DNA of 64,000 nt from Ignavibacteriales bacterium (GCA_016707585.1 JADJHL010000008.1:433206-497205); one strand, 5' to 3'. Counted from the first letter of the stretch, positions 37,049 to 47,456 are shown. Translations and numbers: made by a program. Notes: generated by a model not told the origin, from the letters alone.

Positions 37049-38806
37049 ATGAAAAAGTTTTTCTTTCTTTATTTACTACTCTTTACTACAATATCCATTG
37101 GCCAAATTCTAGATACTCTTTGGACAAGAACATATGGAGGACTTAATCAAGAAGTGGGTGTTTGTATTGAAGAGTTAGAAGATCGAAGTATCATAATGTG
37201 CGGAAAAACAAATTCATATGGGGCAGGGGCATATGATATTTACGTCATTAAATCTAATATGCAAGGAGATACTCTTTGGACCAAAACATTTGGTGGAGTA
37301 AATGATGAATCAGCAAATAAAATATTATATACACAGGATAAGGGATTTATAATCATTGGGTCCTCAAGTTCATTTGGATTTGGTTTATCGGATATTTTAT
37401 TATTAAAATTAGATTCATTAGGTAGGACAGAGTGGTATAAAACTTTTGGTGATAGTCTAAATCAATTTGCTAGCGATATTGCACCAACATTGGATGGAGG
37501 ATACATAATTTCTGGAAATCGAGATGGGGATTATGCACTTAACGAAGGATGGTTAATTAAAATTGATTCAATTGGTAATTTACATTGGGACTATATTTTT
37601 GAGGCGATTTGTGGTTCTGAACAGTATTTACAATCAGTTATAGAAATCAGTGATACCAGTTATTTGGTTTCCGGTACTAACTTAATACCGATGTATCCAT
37701 TTGGAAGGCTATCACGTTATTTTTTATCAAAATTCGATAAATATGGTGCAATCGTTTTTACAAAAGAATATACACACAACGGTCTTGATTTAAATAGATG
37801 CTTAATTATCACAAAAGATAGCTGTATTATTCTTGCTGGTACATCTTTTTTAAGTCCTGCTGGTCGTTCGAATGCTTGGTTAATTAAAGTAGATCAGGTT
37901 GGGAATGTTATTTGGGACACAATATTAGATGGCTCTCAAGAATATGTAAATTTTGCTTCTATTGATGAAAATTATAATTCTGATTTTTTTGTTACTTTAA
38001 ATTCAGCTATAGGATCTACCTCAATTAAAGATATCCAATTATTGAAACTGGATTACTTCGGAAATATAATCTCAGAAAGTCTATTTGGGGGGAATGAAAT
38101 TGATGAAGCAAATCATCTGATGATTGCCCGAGATAGTAGTATTTTAATCTTAGGAAGAACAAATTTCTTCGGAGCAGGTAATTATGACTTTTGGTTACTA
38201 AAAATTAAAGAACAGCCGGCTACAAATATTCGAATGAATTATCCTAATGGAGGGGAAAATTTATTAGCTCAGGACACATTAGAGATTTCTTGGAATAGTA
38301 TAAATGTTAATAAAATCAAACTTGAAATTAGTATTGATAGTGGGAAAACCTGGTCCCTGTTAGTTGATTCATTATTTAATTATGGAAGCTACAATTGGGT
38401 AATTACTAACCAGTTCTTAGGAGATAGTTGTTTATTGAAAATAACTAATTTTGAAGATTCAGATATATTTGATGTTAGCGATAGTACCTTTAAGATTCAG
38501 AATATTAATGATACAGAAGAAATTAAAAATAAACATTTTTATTATTCCTTATCTCAAAACTACCCAAACCCATTCAATCCAAGTACAATTATTAGTTACC
38601 AATTACCAAAAGCTTGTAATGTAACATTAAAAGTTTTTGATGTCCTTGGAAGGGAAGTAGCAACATTAGTTGATGAATATAGAAATGCAGGAAGCTATGA
38701 TGTAGAATTTAGCATTGAGAATTTAGAATTAAGTACGGCAATATATTTCTATCAGTTAAAAGCTGGTGAATTTGTTGAAACTAAAAAAATGTTGTTATTG
38801 AAATAA
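37049..38806 (+). CDS. T9SS-sorted secreted protein with seven-fold ~55-aa repeat (beta-propeller-like) plus Ig-like domain
   Basis: Seven repeats of the pattern D.LW.KTFGG...DGG.II.G...S.G.G..D..L.K.D..G. They are followed by a beta-sandwich-like segment and the T9SS CTD. Confidence 0.7.
   Translation: MKKFFFLYLLLFTTISIGQILDTLWTRTYGGLNQEVGVCIEELEDRSIIMCGKTNSYGAGAYDIYVIKSNMQGDTLWTKTFGGVNDESANKILYTQDKGFIIIGSSSSFGFGLSDILLLKLDSLGRTEWYKTFGDSLNQFASDIAPTLDGGYIISGNRDGDYALNEGWLIKIDSIGNLHWDYIFEAICGSEQYLQSVIEISDTSYLVSGTNLIPMYPFGRLSRYFLSKFDKYGAIVFTKEYTHNGLDLNRCLIITKDSCIILAGTSFLSPAGRSNAWLIKVDQVGNVIWDTILDGSQEYVNFASIDENYNSDFFVTLNSAIGSTSIKDIQLLKLDYFGNIISESLFGGNEIDEANHLMIARDSSILILGRTNFFGAGNYDFWLLKIKEQPATNIRMNYPNGGENLLAQDTLEISWNSINVNKIKLEISIDSGKTWSLLVDSLFNYGSYNWVITNQFLGDSCLLKITNFEDSDIFDVSDSTFKIQNINDTEEIKNKHFYYSLSQNYPNPFNPSTIISYQLPKACNVTLKVFDVLGREVATLVDEYRNAGSYDVEFSIENLELSTAIYFYQLKAGEFVETKKMLLLK
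38555..38806 (+). repeat. T9SS CTD coding repeat, copy 2
   Basis: The 54-nt run 38561-38614 is identical to 45162-45215. Confidence 0.85.
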
Positions 38807-38888
38807 TAATTGTAAATCTAACAATCTTGATGGTTTCTTTTGTAAAAACAAAACGATAGTTTTGATCCAGGTATTATGAAAGAAAACT

Positions 38889-41800
38889 ATGCGTAATCAA
38901 ATCATCAAAAAAATATTTTTATTTGTTGTTTTATCATTATTAGTAAATCCACTCTTTGCCCAAACAAATAACCAGGAGTTTAGATCAACCTGGGTAATAA
39001 CCTGGGAGCATATCAGCCCAAATAAAACTGCTGAACAAAACAAAGCTACTATCCGAGAAATTCTTGATAATCATGTTAAAGCAAATATGACTTCAGTTTT
39101 ATTTCAAATAAGACAAAGTGGAACTGCTTATTATCAATCTTTGTATGAACCGTGGGGATATTATGCCGGCTACACTTATCCGGGTTATGATCCTTTACAA
39201 TATGCAATTGAAGAAGCGCATAAACGTGGGTTAGAATTACACGCGTGGTTTAATGTTTTTAATGTTTCTTCAACTTATTCAGGAACAATTTCAGTACAAC
39301 ATCCCGAATGGATTTGCAGAGATCAAAATGGAAATCCAATGACTTCATTTATGGCCGCTTCACCTGGATTGCAAGCCGTAAGAGATTACACAATAAATGT
39401 TGCAATGGAAGTTGTAAAAAATTATGATATCGATGGATTGCATTTAGATTATATAAGATGGAATGAATATGACACAGATGATATGACTGATGCTCCAACA
39501 AAGATTGAGCAGGAAACAAAACTTGATGGAATATTTTCTGAACAAACAATTACTAAACTTACATCACCACAAAGTACAAATAGATTTTTATACGATATTG
39601 AACATCCTTACAGTGCAGGTGTGCCTTCAGGTTTTTCTACCTGGGAAGATTGGTGGCGCTGGTCCGTTACACAGTTTGTAAAAGGGTTACACGATTCAAT
39701 TCAGGCTGTTAAGCCTTGGGTAAAATTATCTCCTGCTGCGCTTGGTAAATATAAATCTGGCGGTGCTACAGGCTGGAATGGTTATTATGTTGTATATCAA
39801 GATGCTGCTCTTTGGTTTAACGAAGGTTACATTGAGCAATTAACACCAATGCACTACCATTGGCTTACTGGCGAAGAGTTATTTAGTGCGATAACATCTG
39901 ATTGGGAACCAAATATTCAGCAAGGAATTCAGGCTGGTAAAATTTATTCTTGTGGACCAGGCTCATACAGACTGGATGAAAATAATGTTTGGTCAAATCA
40001 TATTGGAATTGTTGAAAGACTTAGAGATAAAACCTGGGTGGATGGTTACCAGTTTTTTAGTTATGGAACGTGGGACGCTTATGACTATTGGGATGAATCA
40101 GCTTCACTTTTCTTTAAGACAAAAGTAAAACTGAGAGAAGTTTTTTCAGTAAATCAGCCAATAGCGCCAACAATATCAATAACAAAAATTGATTCGCTTA
40201 CTTATGATTTAAATGTTTTTCCTGATGGTGCTCAAACAAATAATCATTGGTTTGCAATTTATAGATCTGAAGACAACACACTTTCTGTTGATACTGATAA
40301 AATTGTTGATGTTCATTTTGGCAACTCAAATTATTCATTCAGGGATACATTTTCAGGTTTACAAAATTTTGATGAGAGCTACACATACTTTGCAACTTGC
40401 CTAAATCGGTTTTGGAATGAATCACAAATTTCTAATTCAGTAATTACTGATTTGATTCCTTCATTTGCACCAACAGTTGTTTCTTCATTACCTGCACAAA
40501 ATGGTATAGTTTCTACCTCTGCCAATATTATAATAGAATTTTCAAAATCGATGGAAACAAATTCTTTTGTTGATAAAATTTTATTTACACCATCAACTGA
40601 GATTACTTCTACAATTTGGAATAATGAAAATAAATCTCTTAAAATCATAACAGAAGATTTTGATTTTAACACTCAATACACTTTAAGGATAGATTCTTCT
40701 GTAACAGATGTTAATGGAAAATTGCTTGATGGAAATAATGATGGAATTCCCGGAGATCCGTTTGTACTAAATTTTAGTACGATGGAAGAAGATTTAATTG
40801 GTCCGCAAGTAACTTTTACTACCCCAGTTGATAATGATACAAGTGTTGATATAGGAAATATTATTACAGTGGTTTTTGATGAAGCTGTGGATAACCAATC
40901 TTTAAGTAACAGTTCGATTACATTACTTGAAGATGGATTACAGATAAGTTTTAGTTTTCTCCATAATAAAACTTCAGATGGCAGAAGTGTATTAAATATC
41001 CAGCCAACAACTCTATTTAAGCAAAGCAAAAATTATCAATTAACTCTCAGCAGTACAATTTCTGATACTTTAGGAAATATAATCGGAAATGATTGGAGTA
41101 TTGATTTTAAGACCTCAAATTTTGGTTACCACGAAATTAAAATGATTGATAATTTTACAAATCCTGGCGATTGGCAACAACCAGGTTATAGTGGATCAAC
41201 AACTGGAATATTAGAATCAGGAACTCATTTTGAATATTCAAACACGATCTACTTGCCGAGTACAACTACAAAAAAATCTGCAAAGCTTTCTTATTTGTGG
41301 GATGAAAATGCAAGTGCATTTTTGATTCGTGAGTATTTAAAAAGTGGAACTCCACAAACAATTTATTTTGATACAAGTTATGTGCTTCAAAGTTATGTTT
41401 ATGGTGATGGAAGTAATTCCAAATTAAGATTTTGCATAGATGAATTCCAAATCTCAGCCTGGGGTGATCATGAAGTATCCAATTGGGTTAATGTAGATTG
41501 GTATGGTTGGAAATTAATTGAGTGGAAGTTAAATGATCCTTCAAGTGTTGGAATATGGATTGGGAATGAAATACTAACCGGACAGTATTTTAGAATAGAT
41601 AGCTATCAACTAACCAAAACAAGTGAAAGTACTTTATCAGGTATAATATATTTTGATGACTTACGTGCAGTTAAAAAAACTTCAAGTTTAACCGATTGGA
41701 GTTATGATGGTAAAAATATTCCGAGTGATTTTAAACTTTTCCAAAACTACCCAAACCCATTTAATCCAAGTACAATTATTAGTTACCAATTACCAAAAGC

Positions 41801-42014
41801 TAGTAATGTAACATTAAAAGTATTTGATGTTCTTGGAAGAGAAGTAGCAACACTTGTTGAAGAGTATAAAAATGCAGGAAGTTATGAAGTTGAATTTAAT
41901 CCAGCATCCCCCATTGGGGCAGGCAATATCAAGAATCCAGCATCAGGAATTTATTTTTATCAACTAAAAGCCGGTGATTATGCTGAAACTAAAAAGATGA
42001 TTTTAATCAAGTAA
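38889..42014 (+). CDS. T9SS-sorted GHL10-family (glycoside hydrolase-like 10, YngK-like) protein with Ig-like domains
   Basis: Signal peptide, then FRSTWVITWEH...VLFQIRQSGTAYYQS..EPW...GLELHAWFNVF...DGLHLDYIRW, typical of GHL10/DUF187 TIM barrels. Big_5/SbsA-like Ig segments follow, then the T9SS CTD. Confidence 0.7.
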   Translation: MRNQIIKKIFLFVVLSLLVNPLFAQTNNQEFRSTWVITWEHISPNKTAEQNKATIREILDNHVKANMTSVLFQIRQSGTAYYQSLYEPWGYYAGYTYPGYDPLQYAIEEAHKRGLELHAWFNVFNVSSTYSGTISVQHPEWICRDQNGNPMTSFMAASPGLQAVRDYTINVAMEVVKNYDIDGLHLDYIRWNEYDTDDMTDAPTKIEQETKLDGIFSEQTITKLTSPQSTNRFLYDIEHPYSAGVPSGFSTWEDWWRWSVTQFVKGLHDSIQAVKPWVKLSPAALGKYKSGGATGWNGYYVVYQDAALWFNEGYIEQLTPMHYHWLTGEELFSAITSDWEPNIQQGIQAGKIYSCGPGSYRLDENNVWSNHIGIVERLRDKTWVDGYQFFSYGTWDAYDYWDESASLFFKTKVKLREVFSVNQPIAPTISITKIDSLTYDLNVFPDGAQTNNHWFAIYRSEDNTLSVDTDKIVDVHFGNSNYSFRDTFSGLQNFDESYTYFATCLNRFWNESQISNSVITDLIPSFAPTVVSSLPAQNGIVSTSANIIIEFSKSMETNSFVDKILFTPSTEITSTIWNNENKSLKIITEDFDFNTQYTLRIDSSVTDVNGKLLDGNNDGIPGDPFVLNFSTMEEDLIGPQVTFTTPVDNDTSVDIGNIITVVFDEAVDNQSLSNSSITLLEDGLQISFSFLHNKTSDGRSVLNIQPTTLFKQSKNYQLTLSSTISDTLGNIIGNDWSIDFKTSNFGYHEIKMIDNFTNPGDWQQPGYSGSTTGILESGTHFEYSNTIYLPSTTTKKSAKLSYLWDENASAFLIREYLKSGTPQTIYFDTSYVLQSYVYGDGSNSKLRFCIDEFQISAWGDHEVSNWVNVDWYGWKLIEWKLNDPSSVGIWIGNEILTGQYFRIDSYQLTKTSESTLSGIIYFDDLRAVKKTSSLTDWSYDGKNIPSDFKLFQNYPNPFNPSTIISYQLPKASNVTLKVFDVLGREVATLVEEYKNAGSYEVEFNPASPIGAGNIKNPASGIYFYQLKAGDYAETKKMILIK
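41742..42014 (+). repeat. T9SS CTD coding repeat, copy 3 (divergent middle segment)
   Basis: The 86-nt run 41763-41848 is identical to 45177-45262. The middle encodes FNPASPIGAGNIKNPASG instead of FRIENLELSSG. Confidence 0.85.
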
Positions 42015-42290
42015 ATTAAGGGGAGCTCGCTCTCCATTTAAATTACGCAAAAATTTCTTAGAGCAACGATCAGCCATCAACTCTAAGTGTTGTTTTAGTT
42101 AACCCAATTTACAATGTAATTTCTTTCCATCTTTGATTAATATGTAATCGTCCCCTGTAAAATGTTTAAAACTATAAATGCAATAAGAGAAATGATTACC
42201 TTAAAATACAATTTGAATTCATTGGACGAATTAAGTGATAAAATATATTTGTATTTTTATTTCTATAAATAATCATTTTAAGGAGAAAGA

Positions 42291-45200
42291 GTGATAACAA
42301 AGAAATTATTCTTCGCCATTTTATTAATATTTATTTTTATTACTCCCTCTTTATTAACTGCAAAAGCAAATCTTAAAAACTCAAAAAATATAAAATCAAT
42401 TTTAGATGGTAACCTATCCGGTTTTGTCATTAGTCCTTATTTCAATGAACAGATATGTATGTTCAACTATGACCCTGAAATAAGAGTGTTTATTAGTGCA
42501 CCGCCGCCAGGTGCATTTGATACCGGCAAACCAACGGAAATTGCTTTATTTGCACTTCCAAATGGAAATACAATTGAACATACCATTGGTAAATTATTGA
42601 ATCCTGGTGATGACTGGCATTATGATATTCAGCATATTGGTGCCCAAACCCGATTCCTTCGAGATCAATCGAATGATAATAATTTGGTTACTGTCTATTT
42701 GGAAACCACGCAGAGGAGTTGGCCAGCTTGGAAAGCAAAATATCCTAACAATCCTGCAATCATAAATTCATTAGTTAATTATCTAACTGGTCTTTTTTCA
42801 GATTACAATCCCTTTGTTGTCTTAACCGGGCATAGTGGAGGCGGAAGTTTTACTTTTGGATTTCTGGACAGCCAAAATGAAATACCAAATACTATTAAAC
42901 GAATTTCATTTCTCGATAGTAATTATGGATATGATGACAGTTATGGACCAAAATTATTAAGCTGGTTAAATGCTTCCCCAAATCATTTTTTAAGTGTAAT
43001 TGCTTATAATGATAGTGTAGCTTTATATAATGGACAGCCTGTTGTTACACCAACAGGTGGAACCTGGTACAGAAGTAAAATGATGAAAAACTATCTCGAT
43101 GATTATTTTCAATTTACTGAAGAAGAAAATGAAATATTCATAAAATACACTGCATTAAACGGAAGGATAAAGTTTATACTAAAGCAAAATCCCAATAGAG
43201 TGATATTACATACAGTGCAAGTTGAACTTAATGGATTTATACAGGGGATGGTTTCAGGAACAGATAATGAAAATGTTGGTTATGAATATTATGGACCTCG
43301 GGCATATTCACAATTTATTCAAACCGCTACTATTTTTCCCAGAATATTAATGATACCTCCAAGACCAAGTTATGCATTAACTGGTTCGCAATTTATGCAG
43401 CAAGTAATAAATTTAACTTTTGAACAGCGAGAAATAGAAATATATAACCAAATATCAATCGGCAACATTCCTGAATTTTTTAGAACATTAACCAAAATTA
43501 CAAACGTGTTTCAAGATAGTCTGGGAACAAATCACCTCTGTATTTATGAAGTTATGCCTGACTATCTGGCAATCGGGTCTGACGATGATTTTTGCAGAAT
43601 ACCGATGGGACCCATAACTGCTCAGAGACTTGCAAACTTATTTGGCTCAGTTATGCCAACTAGTAAGCTTGTTGATGATATATACAGCAAGTCATTATTA
43701 AAATTAGCACCAGTAACTTATGATCCAGTTGGAAATCAAAACACTCTCGTTCCAAAATTTATTGAGCACAATCAGGCAATTGAAAATCAGCGTATTAATG
43801 CAGGTGGTGTTCTTGGACAATTAATTAGCGGTATAAAAAAGGATGTTGTACTGAGTAATAAAATTGTGGACCCAACCAGACCTAATCACGTTGTAATATA
43901 TGGATGGCATCAATTAAATGGTGTTCCTATTCAACCGCTTTCAAATGTACACATTAATAGTTATGTTGATTACAGCCATGGTATCCGATTCCTAAATAAA
44001 GAAATATTAATCGATGGTGTGGTTAAGAATATTGAAACAATTCTTGCTGATCCAATACTGTATAAAATGCTTAGTAATGAGATTGGCCCAATGAATCAAT
44101 CGAGTTATTTATTTAATACAAATTTACCTGCAAAACCAAAATCATTTGGAATAAAAACCGGAGGAATGAATAAACTAAATATAATCATAGGCAATGAGCC
44201 CCTTGTTGAAAATTATAATGTTTTTATAAGTAATGATGGAGAAAATTTTCCTGCTCCAATCAATATGCCTGCAGGAAATCTTGTTCTGGATGGATTAACA
44301 ACAGATTCAGTTTATTTTGTAAAATTGGAAGCTGTTAATGTCTCTGGCAAATCTTCTCAATCAGAAGTTTTGGCAGGTGTCCCCTCTGGTTTAGTTGTTC
44401 CTAAAATACTAATTGTTAATGGTTTTGATAGAAGTTCTACCGGCAATACTTACAATTTTATTCGTCAACACGCAGACGCAATAAAATTTAATGGGGGTTA
44501 TTTTGAATCGGCAACAAATGATGCAATAATTGATGGGACTTTTCAAATAAGTGATTATAATATTGCAGACTATATTTTAGGAGAAGAAAGCACAGTTGAT
44601 GAAACATTCAGCTCGAATGAGCAAATACTGATAAAATCATTTCTAAATAACGGCGGGAAACTTTTCGTTTCCGGAAGTGAAATTGCCTGGGATTTAGATT
44701 ACAAAGGATCTTCTGTGGATAAAGATTTTATATGGAATTATTTAAAGACCAAATACATAGCTGATGCGCCTTTTGGAGTTGCAGGAGTTTATTACCAAGC
44801 CGAACCAACAAATAACTTACTATTCTCAGGCATCCCCTCTTTTTTTTTCGATGACGGTACACATGGAACAATAAATGTAAAGTATCCTGATGTGATTAAA
44901 GGAATAAATGGCGGAATAGATTTTCTGAAATATTCTGATCTTGATACAACTGCAGGATATGCTGCATTGCTCTATAGTGGTAACTTCCCACAAGCCGTTC
45001 AACCCGGTAAGATTGCCTTTATCGGTTTCCCTTTTGAAACAATTTATCCTCAAGAAATTCGATATGAATTAATGAATAGACTGTTCAATTTTTTTGATCA
45101 TGTAGAATCAACGCACCAAAATTATTCAGAGATTCCGAACCAATATTCACTAGATCAGAATTACCCAAACCCATTCAATCCAAGTACAATTATTAGTTAC

Positions 45201-45407
45201 CAATTACCAAAAGCTAGTAATGTAACATTAAAAGTATTTGATGTTCTTGGAAGAGAAGTAGCTACACTTGTTGATGAATACAGAAATGCAGGAAGCTACG
45301 ATGTAGAATTTAGAATTGAGAATTTAGAATTAAGTTCAGGAATTTATTTTTATCAACTAAAAGCCGGTGATTTTGTTGAAACTAAAAAAATGTTGTTGAT
45401 AAAATGA
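42291..45407 (+). CDS. T9SS-sorted large secreted protein of unknown function
   Basis: GTG start 7 nt after AAGGAG, with a signal peptide. VVLTGHSGGGSF is a G-x-S-x-G-like elbow. An FN3-like segment reads SVYFVKLEAVNVSGKSS. The C-terminal region reads PKILIVNGFDR...GGKLFVSGSEIAWD and is followed by the T9SS CTD. Confidence 0.6.
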   Translation: MITKKLFFAILLIFIFITPSLLTAKANLKNSKNIKSILDGNLSGFVISPYFNEQICMFNYDPEIRVFISAPPPGAFDTGKPTEIALFALPNGNTIEHTIGKLLNPGDDWHYDIQHIGAQTRFLRDQSNDNNLVTVYLETTQRSWPAWKAKYPNNPAIINSLVNYLTGLFSDYNPFVVLTGHSGGGSFTFGFLDSQNEIPNTIKRISFLDSNYGYDDSYGPKLLSWLNASPNHFLSVIAYNDSVALYNGQPVVTPTGGTWYRSKMMKNYLDDYFQFTEEENEIFIKYTALNGRIKFILKQNPNRVILHTVQVELNGFIQGMVSGTDNENVGYEYYGPRAYSQFIQTATIFPRILMIPPRPSYALTGSQFMQQVINLTFEQREIEIYNQISIGNIPEFFRTLTKITNVFQDSLGTNHLCIYEVMPDYLAIGSDDDFCRIPMGPITAQRLANLFGSVMPTSKLVDDIYSKSLLKLAPVTYDPVGNQNTLVPKFIEHNQAIENQRINAGGVLGQLISGIKKDVVLSNKIVDPTRPNHVVIYGWHQLNGVPIQPLSNVHINSYVDYSHGIRFLNKEILIDGVVKNIETILADPILYKMLSNEIGPMNQSSYLFNTNLPAKPKSFGIKTGGMNKLNIIIGNEPLVENYNVFISNDGENFPAPINMPAGNLVLDGLTTDSVYFVKLEAVNVSGKSSQSEVLAGVPSGLVVPKILIVNGFDRSSTGNTYNFIRQHADAIKFNGGYFESATNDAIIDGTFQISDYNIADYILGEESTVDETFSSNEQILIKSFLNNGGKLFVSGSEIAWDLDYKGSSVDKDFIWNYLKTKYIADAPFGVAGVYYQAEPTNNLLFSGIPSFFFDDGTHGTINVKYPDVIKGINGGIDFLKYSDLDTTAGYAALLYSGNFPQAVQPGKIAFIGFPFETIYPQEIRYELMNRLFNFFDHVESTHQNYSEIPNQYSLDQNYPNPFNPSTIISYQLPKASNVTLKVFDVLGREVATLVDEYRNAGSYDVEFRIENLELSSGIYFYQLKAGDFVETKKMLLIK
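45156..45407 (+). repeat. T9SS CTD coding repeat, copy 4
   Basis: See copies 2 and 3 for the identical runs. Confidence 0.85.
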
Positions 45408-45449
45408 AAATTTATTTCCTTAATCTTGTCTTGTTAAAAAAGGAATTTT

Positions 45450-47456
45450 ATGAATAAAGTTTTTCTCTTTTTGTTTGTCGTTTTACTTGTAAGTGTAAAT
45501 TTTGCTCAGGATCTTCCGCATAAAATGACTGAAGAAGAAAAACTTATCTGGCAGAATTATCAACCACAGTTGCTTCCGCAGTTTACAAATCCGCCACCAA
45601 CGCCGGTAAGAACTATGGCTGAGTGGGAGGAATTGCAAGGGATTATTATTACTTGGACTTCATATACAACAATCTTAAGACAAATTGTTGATTATGCTCA
45701 GGACGAAGGTTTGGTTTATATAGTTTGCAGCGATTCTAATAGTGTAAAAAGTTTTCTTACCTCTGGAGGAGTTCCATTAATTAATTTAAAATTCCTTATA
45801 ACTTCGTTCAATTCGATTTGGGTAAGAGATTACGGTCCTTGGTCTGTTTATGCAGGAGTTTCGGATACTTTAAAGATTATCGATTGGATATACAATCGCC
45901 CGCGTCCGCTGGATGATGATGTCCCAGTTTACTTTGCAAATTATACAAGTCTTCCTATTTACCAAACAACAACTCCGCCTTATGATCTTATTGCCACAGG
46001 CGGAAACTTTATGACTGATGGACACGGAACAGGGTTTTCATCAAACTTAATTCTGGATGAAAATCCCGGTAAAACAGAATCCCAGATCAATTTAATAATG
46101 AATAAGTTTATGGGATTAGATAGATATATTAAAATGCAAACACTTCCTTATGATGATATTCATCATATTGATATGCATATGAAATTACTTGATGAAGAGA
46201 CCTTGCTTGTTGGTCAGTATCCATTAGGAGTTGCAGATGGTCCGCAGATAGAAGCCAACCTGCAATACATTTTAAATAATTTTTTAACGTGTTACGGAAG
46301 ACCTTATAAAGTTGTTCGTATTCCTATGCCTCCCGAAAACGGTCAGTATCCTCCATCAGGAGATTACAGAACTTATACTAATTCTATAATTGTAAATAAA
46401 ACGGTTATTGTTCCAACTTATGAATTACAGTATGACACTACAGCATTAAGAATTTATAGAGAAGCAATGCCCGGTTATAGAGTTGTTGGAATTAATTCAA
46501 ATACGATTATTACTTCATTGGGTGCAATTCACTGCATTACAAAAGAAGTTGGAGTTGATGAACCCGTTTATATTTCGCATCCCAAAATTAGCGTTGAAAT
46601 AGTTTCAGCAGATCCAATAGAAGTTAAAGCATTTATAAAAACTAAATCAGGAGTTTCAAACGCCTCCGTTTATTGGACTACTGATACAACACAAAATTTT
46701 TCCGTTTTACCAATGACAAGTATTTCAGTTGATACATTCACTGCGTTTATTCCGGTTCAGCCCAATGGAACAGAAGTGTTTTACTACATTTCAGCTGTAG
46801 CAATCAGCGGAAGGACAATTACCAAACCATTAACGGCACCGGAAGGATATTATCACTTTAAAGTATCTAATATTGTTCCAGTTGAACTACTATCTTTTGC
46901 AGCTTCATCAATTGAAAATACAGTTACTTTAAATTGGAGTACAGTAACAGAGACAAATAACTCAGGATTTGAAATTCAAAGATTAAAAGATTCAAAGATT
47001 GAAAAATTAAAAGTTTGGGAGAAAATTGGATTTATACGTGGTAATGGAACAACAACAGAACCTAAATCTTATTCCTTTGTTGATAAGGATATAACTGCAG
47101 GAAAATATCAGTACAGATTAAAACAAATCGATTTTAATGGATCATTTGAATATTCAAATGTAATTTCAGTCGAGTTAGATTTGCCAACAAAGTTTACTTT
47201 AGAACAAAACTACCCAAACCCTTTTAATCCAAGTACAATAATAAGTTACCAATTACCAAAAGCTGGTAATGTAACATTAAAAGTATTTGATGTTTTAGGA
47301 AGGGAAGTAGCAGTACTTGTTGATGAAGAAAAGGCTGCTGGCTCTTACAATGTAGAATTTGGAGTTAAGAGTTTAGAATTAAGTTCTGGAATTTATTTCT
47401 ACCAACTTAAAGTTGGTGATTATTTAGAAACTAAAAAAATGTTATTAATCAAATAA
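45450..47456 (+). CDS. secreted agmatine deiminase / Porphyromonas-type peptidylarginine deiminase (PAD_porph) family enzyme with T9SS CTD
   Basis: Signal peptide, then RTMAEWEELQGIIITW, IWVRDYGPW, GGNFMTDGHG, HIDMHMKLL and the catalytic-Cys context GAIHCITKEV. Ig/FN3-like domains and the T9SS CTD follow. Confidence 0.8.
   Translation: MNKVFLFLFVVLLVSVNFAQDLPHKMTEEEKLIWQNYQPQLLPQFTNPPPTPVRTMAEWEELQGIIITWTSYTTILRQIVDYAQDEGLVYIVCSDSNSVKSFLTSGGVPLINLKFLITSFNSIWVRDYGPWSVYAGVSDTLKIIDWIYNRPRPLDDDVPVYFANYTSLPIYQTTTPPYDLIATGGNFMTDGHGTGFSSNLILDENPGKTESQINLIMNKFMGLDRYIKMQTLPYDDIHHIDMHMKLLDEETLLVGQYPLGVADGPQIEANLQYILNNFLTCYGRPYKVVRIPMPPENGQYPPSGDYRTYTNSIIVNKTVIVPTYELQYDTTALRIYREAMPGYRVVGINSNTIITSLGAIHCITKEVGVDEPVYISHPKISVEIVSADPIEVKAFIKTKSGVSNASVYWTTDTTQNFSVLPMTSISVDTFTAFIPVQPNGTEVFYYISAVAISGRTITKPLTAPEGYYHFKVSNIVPVELLSFAASSIENTVTLNWSTVTETNNSGFEIQRLKDSKIEKLKVWEKIGFIRGNGTTTEPKSYSFVDKDITAGKYQYRLKQIDFNGSFEYSNVISVELDLPTKFTLEQNYPNPFNPSTIISYQLPKAGNVTLKVFDVLGREVAVLVDEEKAAGSYNVEFGVKSLELSSGIYFYQLKVGDYLETKKMLLIK
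47205..47456 (+). repeat. T9SS CTD coding repeat, copy 5
   Basis: QNYPNPFNPSTIISYQLPKAGNVTLKVFDVLGREVAVLVDEEKAAGSYNVEFGVKSLELSSGIYFYQLKVGDYLETKKMLLIK. Confidence 0.85.

Noticed and set aside
36790-47456. The five ~250-bp repeats as a CRISPR-like array or as DGR template/variable repeats
   Set aside because: The repeats are in-frame C-terminal coding domains 1.7-3.4 kb apart, not short repeats with spacers. No reverse transcriptase is present, and the differences between copies are not adenine-specific.
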